From Octopus vulgaris (lineage: Eukaryota), in contig OX597825.1 of assembly GCA_951406725.2 (NCBI GenBank), positions 42,098,001 through 42,162,000 on the forward strand: a stretch of 64,000 bases of DNA, in the 5' to 3' direction. Shown here piece by piece: positions 22,228-36,309 of the stretch. Each line of letters opens with the position of its first letter. Position 1 is the first letter of the stretch. Both the position numbers and the translations under genes were made by a program. The notes below the pieces were generated by a model. It was not told where the DNA came from and did not search any database. It saw nothing but the letters and a program-made list of their open reading frames with translations.

Positions 22228-22440
22228 AAATGTTCGGAAACCATGGAAGTCGAAGATCCCTGTGAAGCAAGAAAGGGTACTTGGCACGCATTGACAGAGT
22301 TCATGAAAATTTGTGTTGCAAACGAGACATGAAATAAGAATTTCAAAATCAAGTTGAAGACATGGAACGAAGTAGTGAAGGCTGACCTTTGAACTCTGAG
22401 CTTAAGACATGAGAATACGAAGGATGCCATATGAGGTTCT
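22228..22440 (+). mobile_element. RTE C-terminal fragment
   Basis: KTWNEVVKADL*TLSL parallels KTWGEVVKHDLRTLGL of the RTE at ~12450. Confidence 0.55.
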
Positions 22441-22499
22441 CAAAAGCGACTCAACCCCTTCAGCAAAATAACAGTGCAGAATATTAAGACATTGTTAAT

Positions 22500-24090
22500 G
22501 CACAAGAGTTCTCAATGGTTATTCCAGAAGACAAATACATTCCTACAGCTGGTAACCAAACATTCAATTCTCCAGCTGCAGAAAAAGTTGAAGCTGTTAT
22601 TCCAGATGCAAATTTGGAAAAAGTACAATTGCAAAGACTTCTGACACTGCATAAAAAGTGTGTTCTTGGTAAATCTCCCCTTGAAACAATCAGGTCAATG
22701 CATCCAAATTATGACCCACTGCAGTTCTTATAGATATTTTCCTTTTGTGATGGGGGATGGAAGGTCAGCATTTGAGTATGGAGGGAAGAGTCATAAAATA
22801 TCACAGATGGATTTTTACAAATATAGGCTTGTAATTTGGAAACAGGATTTCCATTTCCTTCACTACTGAAGTCGTTTAGTTAAGGAATATTCTTGTGATA
22901 TGTATTCCAAAACTGAAGAAGCAAGGTTACAGTGGATTTGATATAATCAAAAATTAAAAAATAAATAAAAATCGGGTCAGAAATGTATCAAAATATTCAC
23001 GAGTGCATGTATTGTCATAGCTCAAATCATGGCAAAAGAGTAATCATGCCATCAAACATTCATAGGAGATCCACGATGGGTGCAGAAATTGTACCAAGAC
23101 TCAATGCTAATTGTTTAACTGTTAGGAAAACCAAATTTATTCATCTCTTTCATCTGTGATCCCCAATGGAAAGAAATCACAATATGAAATTAATCTAGGA
23201 CAAGCACTGGCTGACAGGCCAGATTTAACTGACAAAGCATTTAATAGGAAACCTAAAGATCTCTTACATGATATTTTGGAAGAGAACGTTGTGGGGACAG
23301 GATGCACATGGATGATAGAGTTTCAAAAGCATGGAATACCTCATTGTCATATGGTGTTCATATTAAAAGGAGAATATAAGTTAAATCCAGAAAATATAAA
23401 TGTTTGTTTATGCAGAACTTCTAAATATACAAACACAACTGAATTTATTTCAACATGTCACCAAAAGCATGCTACATGGTCTGTGTTGGAGAGATAAACC
23501 CAATGCAACATGCATGGTTGATGGGAAATGCAAAAAATATTTCCCTAAAGCAATAATAAATCTCTTAGTGAGATAAAAAAACAGTGGCGGCACGACATCG
23601 TGAAGTATATTTGCCACCTAAATGTGGCAGGGGCTACATGCTACAGTAGCATCGACCCTTAAGGGTTAGCCACATTTATGTGACAAATATACTTCACAAT
23701 TTCCCTAAAGATTTTCAGGAAAATACATTACGCATTTATAAGAGCTCTCCACTTTACTCATGTTGAATAATGGTTCTACATTTACAATGTCAAATTAGAT
23801 AATTGTTCAGTAGTACTATATCCACCTCCACCGCCATCTTTTTTGTCAAATATTGAGGCCATTGTAATACAGAGATATGTGCATCTGTAAAATCAGTTAA
23901 ATATATTAGCAAATAGGTCATGATCAGGTGACAGTCAATATTAGTGGACAAACCAATGTACAGCAAACAGAAACACAAAGATGAAAATTATGATAATGGT
24001 CAATATGTATCCTCATCAGAAGCAATCTGGAGGCTTTGGGATTCCATGGTTCATATCATCAAGTCCAAAAGCTTACAATTCATTTATCCC
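22500..24090 (+). mobile_element. Degraded Helitron RepHel (Rep/HUH region)
   Basis: HPNYDPLQ, ISQMDFYKYRL, KRVIMPS, YQDSM...GKPNLFISF..DPQWKEI, DRPDL, IEFQKHGIPHCHM (HUH ~23318-23353), SVKYI and YVSSSEAIWRL appear in Helitron order. Confidence 0.88.
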
Positions 24091-24330
24091 AACAGCAATA
24101 TCATTAAAATGATGATGATGATGATGATATTCAACATGCTATCCACACGCATGACAAGTCCACCCTCACTAAATATATATGGTCACATAGTTGAGCGATT
24201 TGCTTCACAACCATAGGGTTTCAGGCTCAGTCTGGCTGCATGCCAGCTTGGAAAAGTGATCTGCCCAAAGCCTTGTGAGTGAATTTGTGATTGTCTGTGT
24301 GTGTAAATAATATGTAAACACACAGACACA

Positions 24331-24392
<62 letters not shown>

Positions 24393-25899
24393 ACATACAC
24401 ATGCAAACATATAACACACACAACAGACACACATACATATATTATTTCAGTTCTTTTTAGTTTTACATTGATACATACTCACAAACATAAATATTGTATA
24501 TATACAAGTGTATGTGAATAGGTATATGGATATATTAGCATGAGGATATGTAAATAATTTCCACACACACAAATATAAACTGAAAGCATAGTCTTGTGTT
24601 TCTGTTCTAAATCAATAACATTGCACTTTCTTATAGATCTTAATAATTCTAATTGTTATCTTCTGATCTTAACCAATGTAATGAACATGTTAACATCTTG
24701 GAAGAGATTGTGCTGATTCGCGTTTTGTGCATGATTCAATATATATCGTTGAAATAATTATGTTTTCTAAAATCTGAACCGAAATGTGCAACTCCTAAAT
24801 TAATTATCCAAACTTTAAAATTTCTCAATAGATGGCTACAAAATTCCATGGAACATTATAAAAACAGTAGAATTTACTTTACTTAGAATAAATTTAACAT
24901 GACAAAGATTTTGGATGCCAAACACTTTGTGTGCTCAAATTGTTAGGAGGTTGTATTTCTGTACACATGTTTGAGTTTTGTGTCCAGAATAGCAATCATC
25001 ATCACCATCATCATCATCATCATCATCATCGTCGTCGTCGTCGTCGTCATCGTCATCATCATCGGCATCTCGGCATCATCATTTTGATATTTATTATTCT
25101 GTGCCTTGTCTGAAAAATAGAAAGGTTAGTCACAGCTGTAACAATTTTGATCTTATGTCTGTTCAATCACACAAAACCTGCAGCTAAGCAGCACCATATA
25201 TATATATATGTTCAAATCTTTTTTTTTTTTGTTAGTAGTATCAGTTCAGTGAGCATATATCATAACAATTTTGTATCACACAGCTAAAATCTACATTTAG
25301 TGTCCATATGTTACCATAATCTTCCACACTCTGTGCCCATACCTCATTACAATACAATATTCCATATTTAGTGTCCATATTTCACCTCAATGCAGCATCA
25401 ATCTCTTTGTGCATGACTTATAAGATCTGCCTTCTTTATCAAATTGTAAGCAGTGTAACAGCACCCTTAATTTTTTTTCCTATTTTTATCTCTGCTACAG
25501 TTCTTTCCTCACAATTGCATTTAGGCAACAGAAACTTCGATTTTTTTTTTCTATCTTATAATCAAGCAAGGAGTGAAGTGTTCATAGTCTTTGCCAGACT
25601 GTTGCCATTAATGCTGCCAATATTCAGTTTGAATCTCTGAACATAGATATCTGAGGTAGGAGATGAATGTGACCAGGTAGGAACTCTGAGAGTGACTGAA
25701 GATTTTTCCCACCGTTTGTTGTTATTGTTGTTTAGGCTCCAAGTTGATCCTGATTAAGCAGATATATGATCAATGCTGTCTCTCCCTACTACAAACATTC
25801 AACTTTTTTGTAAATCTAAAACTACATTATCCCATATCCCCTTTCTTTTTAATGAGAAAATGTTGGATTTAAAGTAAATTCGCCTTTTGTTTTTGCTGG

Positions 25900-26950
25900 A
25901 TATGTGACTGCATAGTTTTCCAGACCATTGCTTCTTCAAATATGACCATAATAGACAAGCTTTTGTTTTTACAGGAGTTATTGTCTTTCACCTACCTGTA
26001 ACACCTATTCATTTGTCAGTTGATCCATGTAAGAGACTCATAACATTCTCCTATCCACTCACATTTCAAACACATTCATTATGTTCTCTTCACATTTGCT
26101 CAGAGACCATGCTTCTGACTGTCACCCTCACTATGTACTCTAAAGAGTACATACTTTGAAGGATGTCAATTTCCATGCGTTTTCTGACTTTGATGAGAAA
26201 TTTTAGCCTTTACTCTGAGCCACACTAAATTTTGTGTGATGCCTGTAGAAAGTCGTCATAAATTACAAGATGAAGCTTCTTATCAAGCTTTCTAGCCATC
26301 TAAGCAACTGTTGATTTAATTTCATGTAATACATTTGGAGCTAATTTCTCCAATATACATATCAAATCTAAAGTTAGAAATTTATAACAGTCTTATGCAG
26401 ACAAAACTGTATCTTTTTCAGACTTATTGATTGCTCTAATTACAGAGTGTTATGTTCATATGTGTTCTTTTACTATAAGTTAAGCACAACTACTTACATA
26501 TTAATGAGATTTTACATACTTTCTTCCAAATGTCTTTACTTTTGCTACACCAATATTTTATCCCTTTCATTGAAATAAATTTGCACTCTTTCTGCAGTTG
26601 TTTGACAGATTTTAGAATGGGAACCATTGTAAGAATATTAAAGTTTTTTATGACATTTATTTCTAAGTTCCTTATTTACTTAACAGTTATGAAAAGACCA
26701 AGGACTTTTATGAACAACAAAGATGATCACTAAATTCTTTACCCAACTCACTGTTAATTCATCATGCACAGGACTATTTTGATAAATTGAACAACACTGG
26801 CAATACAGACTGTAAGATCCCATCAAAGACTTTTTCTTCATAATGATATATATGCTTCCTCTGCCTCTAGTGAAACTTTTGTCTCTGGAGCAGTCTGCAA
26901 TGAACCTCCTAACAATGTAGTTGGTAGTCAACAAAAATAACTCTGTATAT
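25900..26950 (-). mobile_element. Very old RTE-like RT remnant (tentative)
   Basis: Minus translations (TTNYIVRR, KKSLMG, FIKIVLCM) loosely track the RTE motifs STTDAIFLVR, KAFDRV and VRAVQAM. Confidence 0.3.
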
Positions 26951-27736
26951 TATCATAGCAATTTATACAGATATTTCTAAACTTCTACACCCTGTAGTAG
27001 TCTACAAAGATACTTCTATCCATTCTAATAGTCTACAAGGTTATCTATACAGAGGTCATTAGATATAACATTCATCAGCATGTCAAAATTAATCAAGTTA
27101 ATTTTAATTTTCATTTAAGAGTAAGATGAACTACTTTGGCATAATTACCCATTTTTTAAAAGTAAATCCACTTATAACTTGGACAGTTACAAGTGGACTT
27201 ATTAAAAGAAAGCTGGAAAGTATCACTTTCAAGTCCACAACAAGTAGAAACATTTACAATGGCCATTCAATTGCCACTCTAACTGTAAATCTTAATATCA
27301 ATGAAATAACCTTTTCAAGAATACAACTTCTACAGAACACTGTGGAATAGCTATTAATACAGTTATTCATACTTCTGATCCTATCTTACATATAAGTTCA
27401 CTTTATCAGTTCTACAACTACTACTTGAGTATAACTACGCTAAATACAAATTCTGTTACTGTTAAGTTAACCTTTTCAAATTCACAGCAGCTGGTGGCAC
27501 ACATAATGGCAAACATATACATCTATTCTTACTCTAAATCCTGTTGAATGAGAATTAAACTTCTGCAGTTTAATTCACAGCTCACAGCTGTTTGTAACAC
27601 CATATTGTAAATGTATTTTAGGCTCATAAGAGCATTTTAAGGGTCTGAACTTACATCAAGTAATTAAGAAGAAGATAAACATATCGCTTCCTCCTAACCA
27701 GGATGTTAAGTTTTTAGGTTATATTTAGTTACGGCC

Positions 27737-28108
27737 CTTTAAGTTCTGAGTTAAAACCTTGCTGGGATCAAATTTGCCTTTCATCCTTCTAAAATTGATA
27801 AAATAACATACCAGTTGTTTTCATCAAATATAACATTTTCTAAAATGTAGTGCCTTGCGGTTATGTTAGCTAATGATATTTTCAAAATGACTGAGGGCAT
27901 TGAACAGGCAGAATTGTTAGCATGCCAGGCAAAATGCTTAGTGGCATTTTGTCTATCATTATGTTCTGAGTTCAAATTCCACCAAGGTCAACTTTACCGT
28001 TCATCTTTTCAGGGTTGATGAAATAAGCATCAGTTGAGCACTGGGGTCAATATAATAAACTTACTCTTATCCCCAACTTGCTGGCCTTGTGCCAAAATTT
28101 TAAGCTGA
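27737..28108 (+). mobile_element. SINE family B (partial copy followed by a fuller copy from ~27885)
   Basis: ttctgagtt(c)aaa...tttcatc...gttgat.aaataa..cagttg occurs twice. Reverse-complement copy at 46230-46440. Confidence 0.75.
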
Positions 28109-28492
28109 TATCTAAAAATGATCTAGTGGTTACACTGTTTATTTGGAATTAACTGATGTACTCACAAATAAAATGGAAGGTTTGTTGTATGTAGAGCTGA
28201 ACTCACAAGTTGCAAACTGGTAATATCTTATTCAGTCAGTTAACTTACAGTGCACTTTATTGTAGACATGATATGTAGATATTGTATTTACAAGTTCTAT
28301 ATAGAAAGTGAGAGAGAGAGAGTGAAACAGAATATATCTACATAAGAATATGGATTTAATCAGTTATTTAAATAGTATGTGCCAGCTGTCATCAGCTCTG
28401 TAAAAAATTGAAAGGTGTTAATACATCTCTAAATTGGTATATCATACAATTTGAGATACTATTAATTTTATATTTGTTACTGATTCTACATG

Positions 28493-28528
<36 letters not shown>

Positions 28529-28586
28529 TTTATGTGTATGAAAGTGTATGTGTGACTGTATGTATGCCTGTTTCTCTCTCTCTTAT

Positions 28587-28918
28587 GAAGGCACATGGCT
28601 CAGTGGTTAAAGCATCGAGCTTATGATTGTGAGGTTGTGAACTCAAATCCTGGGCTGTGTGTTGTGTTCTTGAGCAAGACACTTTATTTCACATTGCTCC
28701 AGTTCACTCAGCTGTAGAAATGAGTTACGACATCACAGGTGCCAAGATGTATTGGCCTTTGTCTTTCTCTTGGATAACACTGGTGGCATGCAGAGGGGAG
28801 GCCGGTATGAATGGGCGACTGCTGGTCTTCCATAAACAACCTTGCCTGGACTTGTGCCTGGGATGGTAACTTTCTAGGTGCAATTCCATGGTCCGTGTCA
28901 TGACCGAAGGGGGTCTCA
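28587..28918 (+). mobile_element. tRNA-derived SINE family C
   Basis: A-box tggctcagtggtt, B-box-like gaactcaaatcc, core ttgagcaagacactttatttcac. Second copy at 29865. Confidence 0.85.
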
Positions 28919-28951
28919 GGTCTCAGATATATATATAAATTAATAGGGGTC

Positions 28952-29405
28952 ACAAAAGTGATGGAGGGTGCTGACTAGCAACGTTTATGCTAAAATAAGA
29001 GTTAAATTAGTTCCAAAGATACTAAAGCACTATACTCAATAACTGACGAAGGTGACATGTCCCTAGCATATATGGCTTAATCCGATTTCAAATTATGGTG
29101 TAGACCACCCTAATTCTCATTAGTGGCTCTTAACACCTGGTTAAACTCAACTTACTTTGTCAATCTTATAAGAAAAACCATTGAAATCATGTGCTGATTT
29201 TCAAAATGGTAAAAGTGTAAACAACAAATTAAAAGATTGGCTTATTAGTTATTAGAACCAAAAGGCAAAATTAATGCAGATTACAAAAGTGACAGATGGT
29301 ACTGACTAGAACTGCTTATGCTAAAATAAAAGTTAAATTAGCTCCAAAGTCACTAAAGCACTATACTTAAAGACTGACAAAGGGAAGCAAGTTCCTAGAG
29401 TATAT
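28952..29405 (+). repeat. Two diverged ~120-bp direct repeats, 331 bp apart
   Basis: acaaaagtga..ctgactag..ttatgctaaaataa.agttaaattag.tccaaag..actaaagcactatact at 28952 and 29283. Confidence 0.8.
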
Positions 29406-29456
29406 TGCAATTTCGATTCTCATTGCTAATGAGCCACCCTTTTGATTTGTTATATA

Positions 29457-29851
29457 CTAGCAGTATTGCCCGGCGTTGCTCGGGTTTGTAAGGGAAATAA
29501 CTATATAAGCATTTTTAGAGATGTAAAGTATGATAGCCATCTCAATATGGCTAACCACAAAGGGGGGGTGTTACTGTAGCTTTTACGTTCTGAGATTTAA
29601 TAATAAATTATTAGAGAGTTACTTCCCTTATATATGCCAAAAATGCATTAAAAATGGGAAAAATTGATGGTAAATTATTTTTTAAATCATAGACTCATCG
29701 TAGACGTGCGCTAATACCCAGAAGGGCTCGATATGAATCACAACTATAAGATACCCGGTTTTGGTTAAACTGCACCACAAAATGTGGGAGTAGTAAGGAA
29801 TCTAAATCGTAGGAGACAGACAGCACACAACCTCACTTTTATATATAAAGA
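29457..29851 (-). mobile_element. Non-autonomous Helitron, 395 bp
   Basis: Minus strand starts TC and ends CTAG. GC-rich hairpin cccgagcaacgccggg lies 8 bp before CTAG. Inserted between A and T with no TSD. Confidence 0.85.
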
Positions 29852-29864
29852 TATATAAACATGT

Positions 29865-30195
29865 GAAGGTGCATGGCTCAGTGGCTAGAGCATCAGACTC
29901 ACAATCATGAGGATTGAGTTCAATTCCTAGACTGGGCTGTATGTTGTGTTCTTGAGTAAGACACTTTATTTCATGTTGTTCCAGTTCACACAGCTATAGA
30001 AATGAGTTGCAATGTCACTGGTACCTAGCAGTATCAGCCTTTGCCTTTCCCTTGGATAATATCAGTGGCATAGAGAGGGGAGGCTGGTATACAGGGGAAA
30101 CTTTTGGTCTTCCATAAACAACATTGCCCAGACTTGTGCCTAGGCTGAGAACTTTCTTGGTGCAATCCTATGGTCATTCATGATCGAATGGAGTC
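29865..30195 (+). mobile_element. tRNA-derived SINE family C
   Basis: A-box tggctcagtggctag, B-box gagttcaattcct. Collinear with 28587-28918. Confidence 0.85.
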
Positions 30196-31690
30196 TTTAT
30201 CCCTTACATATAAACACACTTGCACACATACATCATATATATATATATATATCAATACTGGAAGGATAAGAAGTTTGCTTTGCAAACTTGTAGTCTCAGA
30301 ATTGATCGCATTGCTTGTCATCTCAGGCAAGTACATTTACTATAGCCTTGGGTTGACTTAAACTGTGTGAATGAATAAGAGTAGACAGAAACTGTGTAGA
30401 AGGCTATCTACCCTTAATTTAAATGTCTGGCCATGTTGCACTTTCGTCACACCATGTTCACTTGAGTCTACTCAGCTAATTTGCACACTAATTCAATAAG
30501 TAGACAATATGGTTGATCAACCAACCAGGCCCCTATAAATAAATATTAATGTTTGTGTGTGTGTGTACGTTAGTTCACTTTGATTGGTACAAGAAACGTA
30601 ATCCAGATAACCAGCAACTAATAGCATGCCCACCAGCCTGACCTGGTGAGGAGGGTTGCTAGAAACAAAAAACCAACAAAACAACACCAAGATTTTTCAA
30701 AAGGATGACTGAACCTAACATAATGTCTCCAGTTACCAATTACCAAGTAATAGTGCAAGGAACCAATTACTTAGTAGTAGTGAAAGGGACATAGAAATAC
30801 AAAATGAGGAATGAGTGTGACATAAAACAATTTGGGTGAGTTTGTCAGAATTACTGCCTAGAATATTAGGTGTAAAACATGAAGATTGTTCAGTTTCTGT
30901 TTATCTCAACCAATGTTTGGTCAGTGAAAGGAAAGATGTCTTATTGGGAAAGGAAATGCAGTTTGGTACATGCATCATTCACTATAATTAGTTTCATGTA
31001 AAGGAATTTCATAGAATTGCTCATGGATAATAGACATTTCAAAAGTAGTACTTGACTTTGTTGTTGTGGTGGTCAAGGGAACACATGTCTTTGTGATGAT
31101 GATGAAATACTGCCATTTCTTTTATCCTTTCTATTCTCCTATATACATTGGAATATTAGGTGCCCTATCAATCACATATCAACCAGGTTGATGGCTTTAG
31201 ACCATTTGTGGATACAGTCTGAATGAAATAATTTGAATGGTGGCTATTTCTCTAAATATAAAATCAGTGGTATTTAATTCTTCTTTTGCAATCTCAATTA
31301 AGATAGATTTGTCATGTCAGCAGAATGAATAATAATTGCATTCCTAAAGTCTTTACGTATTACCAGCTCCATAATGGAAGAGGAAGCATAAGAAGACCAT
31401 GGCTAAAGGACAAGGACAAGCTCAAGACTAACATGAAAAAACTGCATTGAAATGGAAATTCATTTGTCATGAAGAATAAAGCCATAAAGAACTATAAATT
31501 AAACTGTCTGGATCATTTTCAAGAACTCAGAGCAAAGATAAAGTCTTGAACTAATGTGCAAGCCATTTCATATAAGAATCCTTTATGTTCAATCTGTGAA
31601 CTCATTTGTAAATAGATGGTTGAATTAAAATCTTGTAAGACACGCAGATATAAGAATCCTTTATTATTGTTATTATTATTATTATTATTC

Positions 31691-32860
31691 TATGTTTGAC
31701 TTTTGCTTTACATTTGTACAAGTTGGCTCCAAGTCTCAAGAGACAAGTTGGAAGTTCATGTTGGTGTTATGCCTAGGATGCCATGTATTTGGTTTTGTAC
31801 TTAGTGTTGTACTAGTGAATGTTTTAAGAAACCATAAAAAAATTATGCTTGTTTTAAAACTTGAGTTTACATAGAAAGTATTTTGCATAGGAGATGAGCA
31901 GTTCCCATGAGCACTTTGTTTTCAATTTCTGCCATTTTTAGGTTTCCTGATATCTGAGCTAGATATCAATCAGCCCCTTTTGCTATCATTCCCAGGGCAC
32001 CTATGACAACAGGTATTATTTTAGCCTTCGAGTTTCACATTTTGTTAATTTCTATTTCAAGATCTTTATATTTGCTCAGTTTTTGGTAGGTCTTGACAAA
32101 TACGTTTATATCGATTGGGACAGTCATATCAATGAGGAGGCATGTTTTTTGTCTGAAGTCTTTTACTATGATGTCTGGCCTATTCGCATCTATCTTTCTG
32201 TCAGTTTGAATGGTGAAGTCCCAGAGGAGTGAGATGTGGTCATTTTGAAGCACTGGAGGTGGTTTGTGTTCCCACCAGTTTTTATCATGGGGCAAGTCTA
32301 GGCTTTTGCAAATTACCCAGTGAATATATTGTGCAGCTCTATCATGCCTGTTGAGATACTCTGTAGGCACAAGAAGACTGCACTTGGAGACAACATGATC
32401 AAGGGTTTCATTTTGTTGTTGACATACACAACATGTTGGGCTACTGTCGTTCTTTAATGTGTTGGCCTGGTTGTTCCTTGTAGGTAAGCATTGATCTTGA
32501 GCTGCTATGATAAACCCTTCTGTTTCAGATTTTAAGCCAGAGGCCATTAGTTATTGATGGGTCAGGGCTTTGTCAACATTGGCATTATACGCTCTCTTTG
32601 GGTATTTGCCATTGAGAGGTTTTTCTTGCCATTTATCATTCAGAATATCTAAGGTAGCAGTTTTAGTGTGGGTTTTCATGCACTTAGCTTTCTCTGTGCT
32701 TGTTTCTTGTATGTCTAATTCCGAAATTTGTTGTATTCGGAATTCATTTAGATATTCCTTTGCCTGTTTTGTTACTGAGTATGATGCTTTCTTGTTTTCA
32801 TGTTTTGAGACAAGTTTTAATATCCAGTCCTCAGAGTTTTTCAGGTAGGTGTCTAGGCCA
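31691..32860 (-). mobile_element. 5'-truncated R4/Dong-type RLE non-LTR retrotransposon
   Basis: ETEGFIIAAQDQ, zinc finger CCVC...ETLDHVVSKC, RHD, NRPDII..IDMTVP..K..KY (restriction-like endonuclease). (TTA)n on both sides. Confidence 0.9.
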
Positions 32861-32892
<32 letters not shown>

Positions 32893-32901
32893 CATTATTA
32901 T

Positions 32902-33467
32902 TTTCTCTTTATCACAAGTTTTGTTTGAGCTCCTGGAGTCCTGCATGCGTATCAGGCTTACTACCTGCAGTCTACGGTACCATGCTATTCGTTCTTTTCA
33001 GCTACCTAATACTTTCCTTATTATTCTGGCTGTGCCAAGGAGGCAAACATATCATAATAGTTCTACTGGGCACTCAATTCCAATTTCCTTTATATTCCTC
33101 TTGATGCCTTCTGATACTGTTCCCAAGGACCCAACAATAATTTTCCAGAGCTGGGCTATTTTCATATTTGTCACCTTCCTTCTTGACTTAAGAGGGTTGT
33201 ATCTATCATTTTGTCTTCCTTCTTGACTATTCATGTGTCAAAGGGGCATGTAACATCAACTATATAGCATGTGTGGTGCACCTTGTCCCCTACCACTAAG
33301 TCCAGTTTGTTATGCTCTAGCACCTAATCTGTTTTGAGTCTCTGACTCTGCTACTCTCTTTGGTTTGTGCTCATACCATGTCTTGCCTCTCACTAGTCTC
33401 CACTTATCACACAGTTTCCAATGTAGTACTTTTGCTACCTAGTCATGTCACCACAACTTGGTAATGC
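32902..33467 (-). mobile_element. Second R4/Dong-type RLE 3' fragment, different family
   Basis: HD.VAKVLHWKLC, WYEHKP, LDLVV..CYIVDVTCPFD, IIVGSLGTV. Flanked by (TTA)n/(TAA)n. Confidence 0.8.
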
Positions 33468-33516
<49 letters not shown>

Positions 33517-33537
33517 TATTATTATTATTATTATTAT
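33468..33537. repeat. (TAA)n switching to (TTA)n microsatellite
   Basis: Seen directly. Confidence 0.95.
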
Positions 33538-35288
33538 CCTCAATTTTATGGCTATATACATATGCACACATATATGTATGTCAATATGTTTGTGTATGTA
33601 TACATTTTTATATGCATGTATAATACATGCATATTTATATAGGCATATATTTTGCATTATATCACATTCTTTTTCTCACAAAAGCTTTTAAAACAGTAAA
33701 ATGTGATCTGTAGAAGAAACTACTTTTGGAAATTAATTTTAGTTTCTTTTCCGGAGCTAAAAAAATTAACTTAGTGAAACGAGGAAAAAAGTTTTAAAAA
33801 GGAAAATAAAATAGTGTACAATGTCAGCATAGTGCAGGTTTTGAGCATATAATTTCATTAAAACCAGACAAATATAAATTTAATTTAGAAATGTTAACAT
33901 GCTGCTGTTCACTTTCAATTTATCATTAGTCAGATTTCTTTAGCTTTTCTTTTATGCATTGTGATAGAATGTGATAGGGGTCAGATGGCCAAGTGACCAG
34001 TATTTGGGATTATCTGGTCATGAGTTCAAATTTGTTGTTAGTCATATAGCAGGGCATACCTTTCTACTTTGTTTCAGATCAATCAAATTCAAACTAGAGC
34101 CAACCAAATCATCTTTGTCTGTCTTGCAAGTTGATCAGAGCAGGACAGCTACCAAATAGTCATCCTATTTTTCCTAAAATTTTTTATGTTGTTGATGTTA
34201 ATAAGATTCATTTTGACTTGGGTATATTGTCAAATACTTACAGTTCTCTACTAGTCAGATGCCACAGCAGAAGTATGTCAACCCATGCATTCTATTCAAG
34301 GTTAGTGGTGGGTAACCATAATAACCATCTCAAGAGTAATGTACAAATCAGTAAGGATCAACTGTACAGATTATTCCAGAGGACTTTCAGCTCAGGAATA
34401 TTGGACAGAAATCTGACAGAAACCTGTAGCTTAGCATTGATTTGGCAAGAACTGCTTGTTTGCAATAAATACTACATGCACAATAGCACTGTTAGCTGGG
34501 CTAGTTTCAGATGTACACAAGGCAATGAAATCATTTTGAATGCATGAATTCATTATTCAATTGTTGCTGTCAAGTGAAATTATGTTAAAGAGCTGTAGTT
34601 ATATGTAGTGAGAATCTGGATATCATCCAAGTCCATCAGGAGGATCATGATTGTATGACGGATAAAGGTTGAAGACAGACACTCACTTCTTCAGCAAAGC
34701 CCTGATCAAAAGTTTTAAGTTGCACATGAAAGGGAAGATGAAATTGGTAAACAAGATAGTACCTTTGAGTAGATTTGCTGAAAAGTGGGACTAAGTGGTG
34801 GAATAATTGATATAGATTTTATGGGAGCTTGTAGGCCTGAGAATAAAGCTGGTACATGTCAGATATGTGGGTTTCTCAATTCCTCCATGGCTAAATCCCA
34901 ATCATGTTCTCTTTTATACTTTTTGCACATACATTTTCCATAGCACTTTTCATAATCAATTCTTTGTAATCACTCATAATTTTAGATAATTTATCTTAGT
35001 AATCTTGTCTCATTTATTACCTTTACTATAAATAAAATAATTATTATTACCATAATTAATATGTTTAATACTATTGATGCCTATTAATCTTTTGAAAAGA
35101 AATATTTTATAAAATTTCAATCTTATATCTTCACATTGAGTTTCTATCAATTTGACTGGTAATTATAATCTGATACATATTACCAACTGGAATCAAACTA
35201 GGAATAATTATCCTGCCAGCATGGAAAGCAGACGTTAAACAATGATGATCATGATCATGATCATTATGATATATATATATACACACAC

Positions 35289-35345
<57 letters not shown>

Positions 35346-36293
35346 ATTGTTTTTATGTTCAGTCACAATAAAAACAGTTAAACATTAGTCTGAAGGGTTA
35401 CTCTATACTTTCGTAGAGTACAAACTTCTTATTCTTAAGCAACATACATACATACATACATTTTTGACTATTTATATTTATCTTTCAAGAAGGGCTGCCA
35501 TATTAAGCTGCTGTCAATGCTGAACTTATTGACTGAGTTATTAGCGAGCATGATATATACATATCAAATGTTAAAATAATTACCAGCTTTTAAGTTGGGT
35601 TTAAATGTTCAAAATATTGTAATTTTATCCTATCTCATGTTACATGATCGCATTCCTCTCCAGGATATAAAATTGTCAGCCCTTATGTGCAGTCCATCTC
35701 TGCAACCATGTTATACACTTTAAAGAAACCTCAGTTTAAAAGGTAGTGAATGCACATACGTAGTTTCCACTGTCTTTGCCATCACTTTTTGAACCTGAAT
35801 ATTAGTAACAAAATTTCTCATTTACTCAAAATTTTTCCCCCTCCCAACATCTTTAATACATCTACTTCCTCTATCACCCTCCAAACACTTCCAAACACGA
35901 TAACTCTCTTTTCACCTTATATACTATGTCTAGTGAGACTCAACATGGTCACTCTACATTGTAGAACTAGTAGCAAAATCTCCCATAACTAACATCATGT
36001 TGTCTTAAAGAAAAAATAAGAGATTCTCAAGACTGGAATGCCTTCAGTCAAAGATCTGACCTGGATCTGACCAATGTATATAAAACTAAAATCACCAGCT
36101 GGGGAATATGTTGGGCTACTGTCTTTGCCATCACTTATTATACAACTTGTATATATTTTGAGACCGAGAGTAAATGTACTTAAAGTTACAGTCTCATTCT
36201 ATGTATCCATTGTACTGTGTTCCTTTATCAGATGATATTACAGCCTTCTGAGCAGAGTCATCATTAGATGGCTGAGAACACCACCATCTATAA

Positions 36294-36309
36294 TGGTGAA
36301 CCCGACGTG
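36294..36309 (+). promoter_or_regulatory. Primer-binding site complementary to the tRNA-Trp 3' end
   Basis: tggtgaacccgacgtg versus the Trp PBS TGGTGACCCCGACGTG, immediately after the LTR. Confidence 0.8.

Noticed and set aside
24931-25113. Poly-His/Arg ORF
   Set aside because: (CAT)n/(CGT)n microsatellite.
28587-28660. Possible tRNA gene (A and B boxes)
   Set aside because: Continues into a body shared with 29865-30195 and lacks a clean cloverleaf and terminator, so it is a SINE head.
33445-33691. Poly-Asn/poly-Ile ORFs
   Set aside because: (TAA)n repeat.
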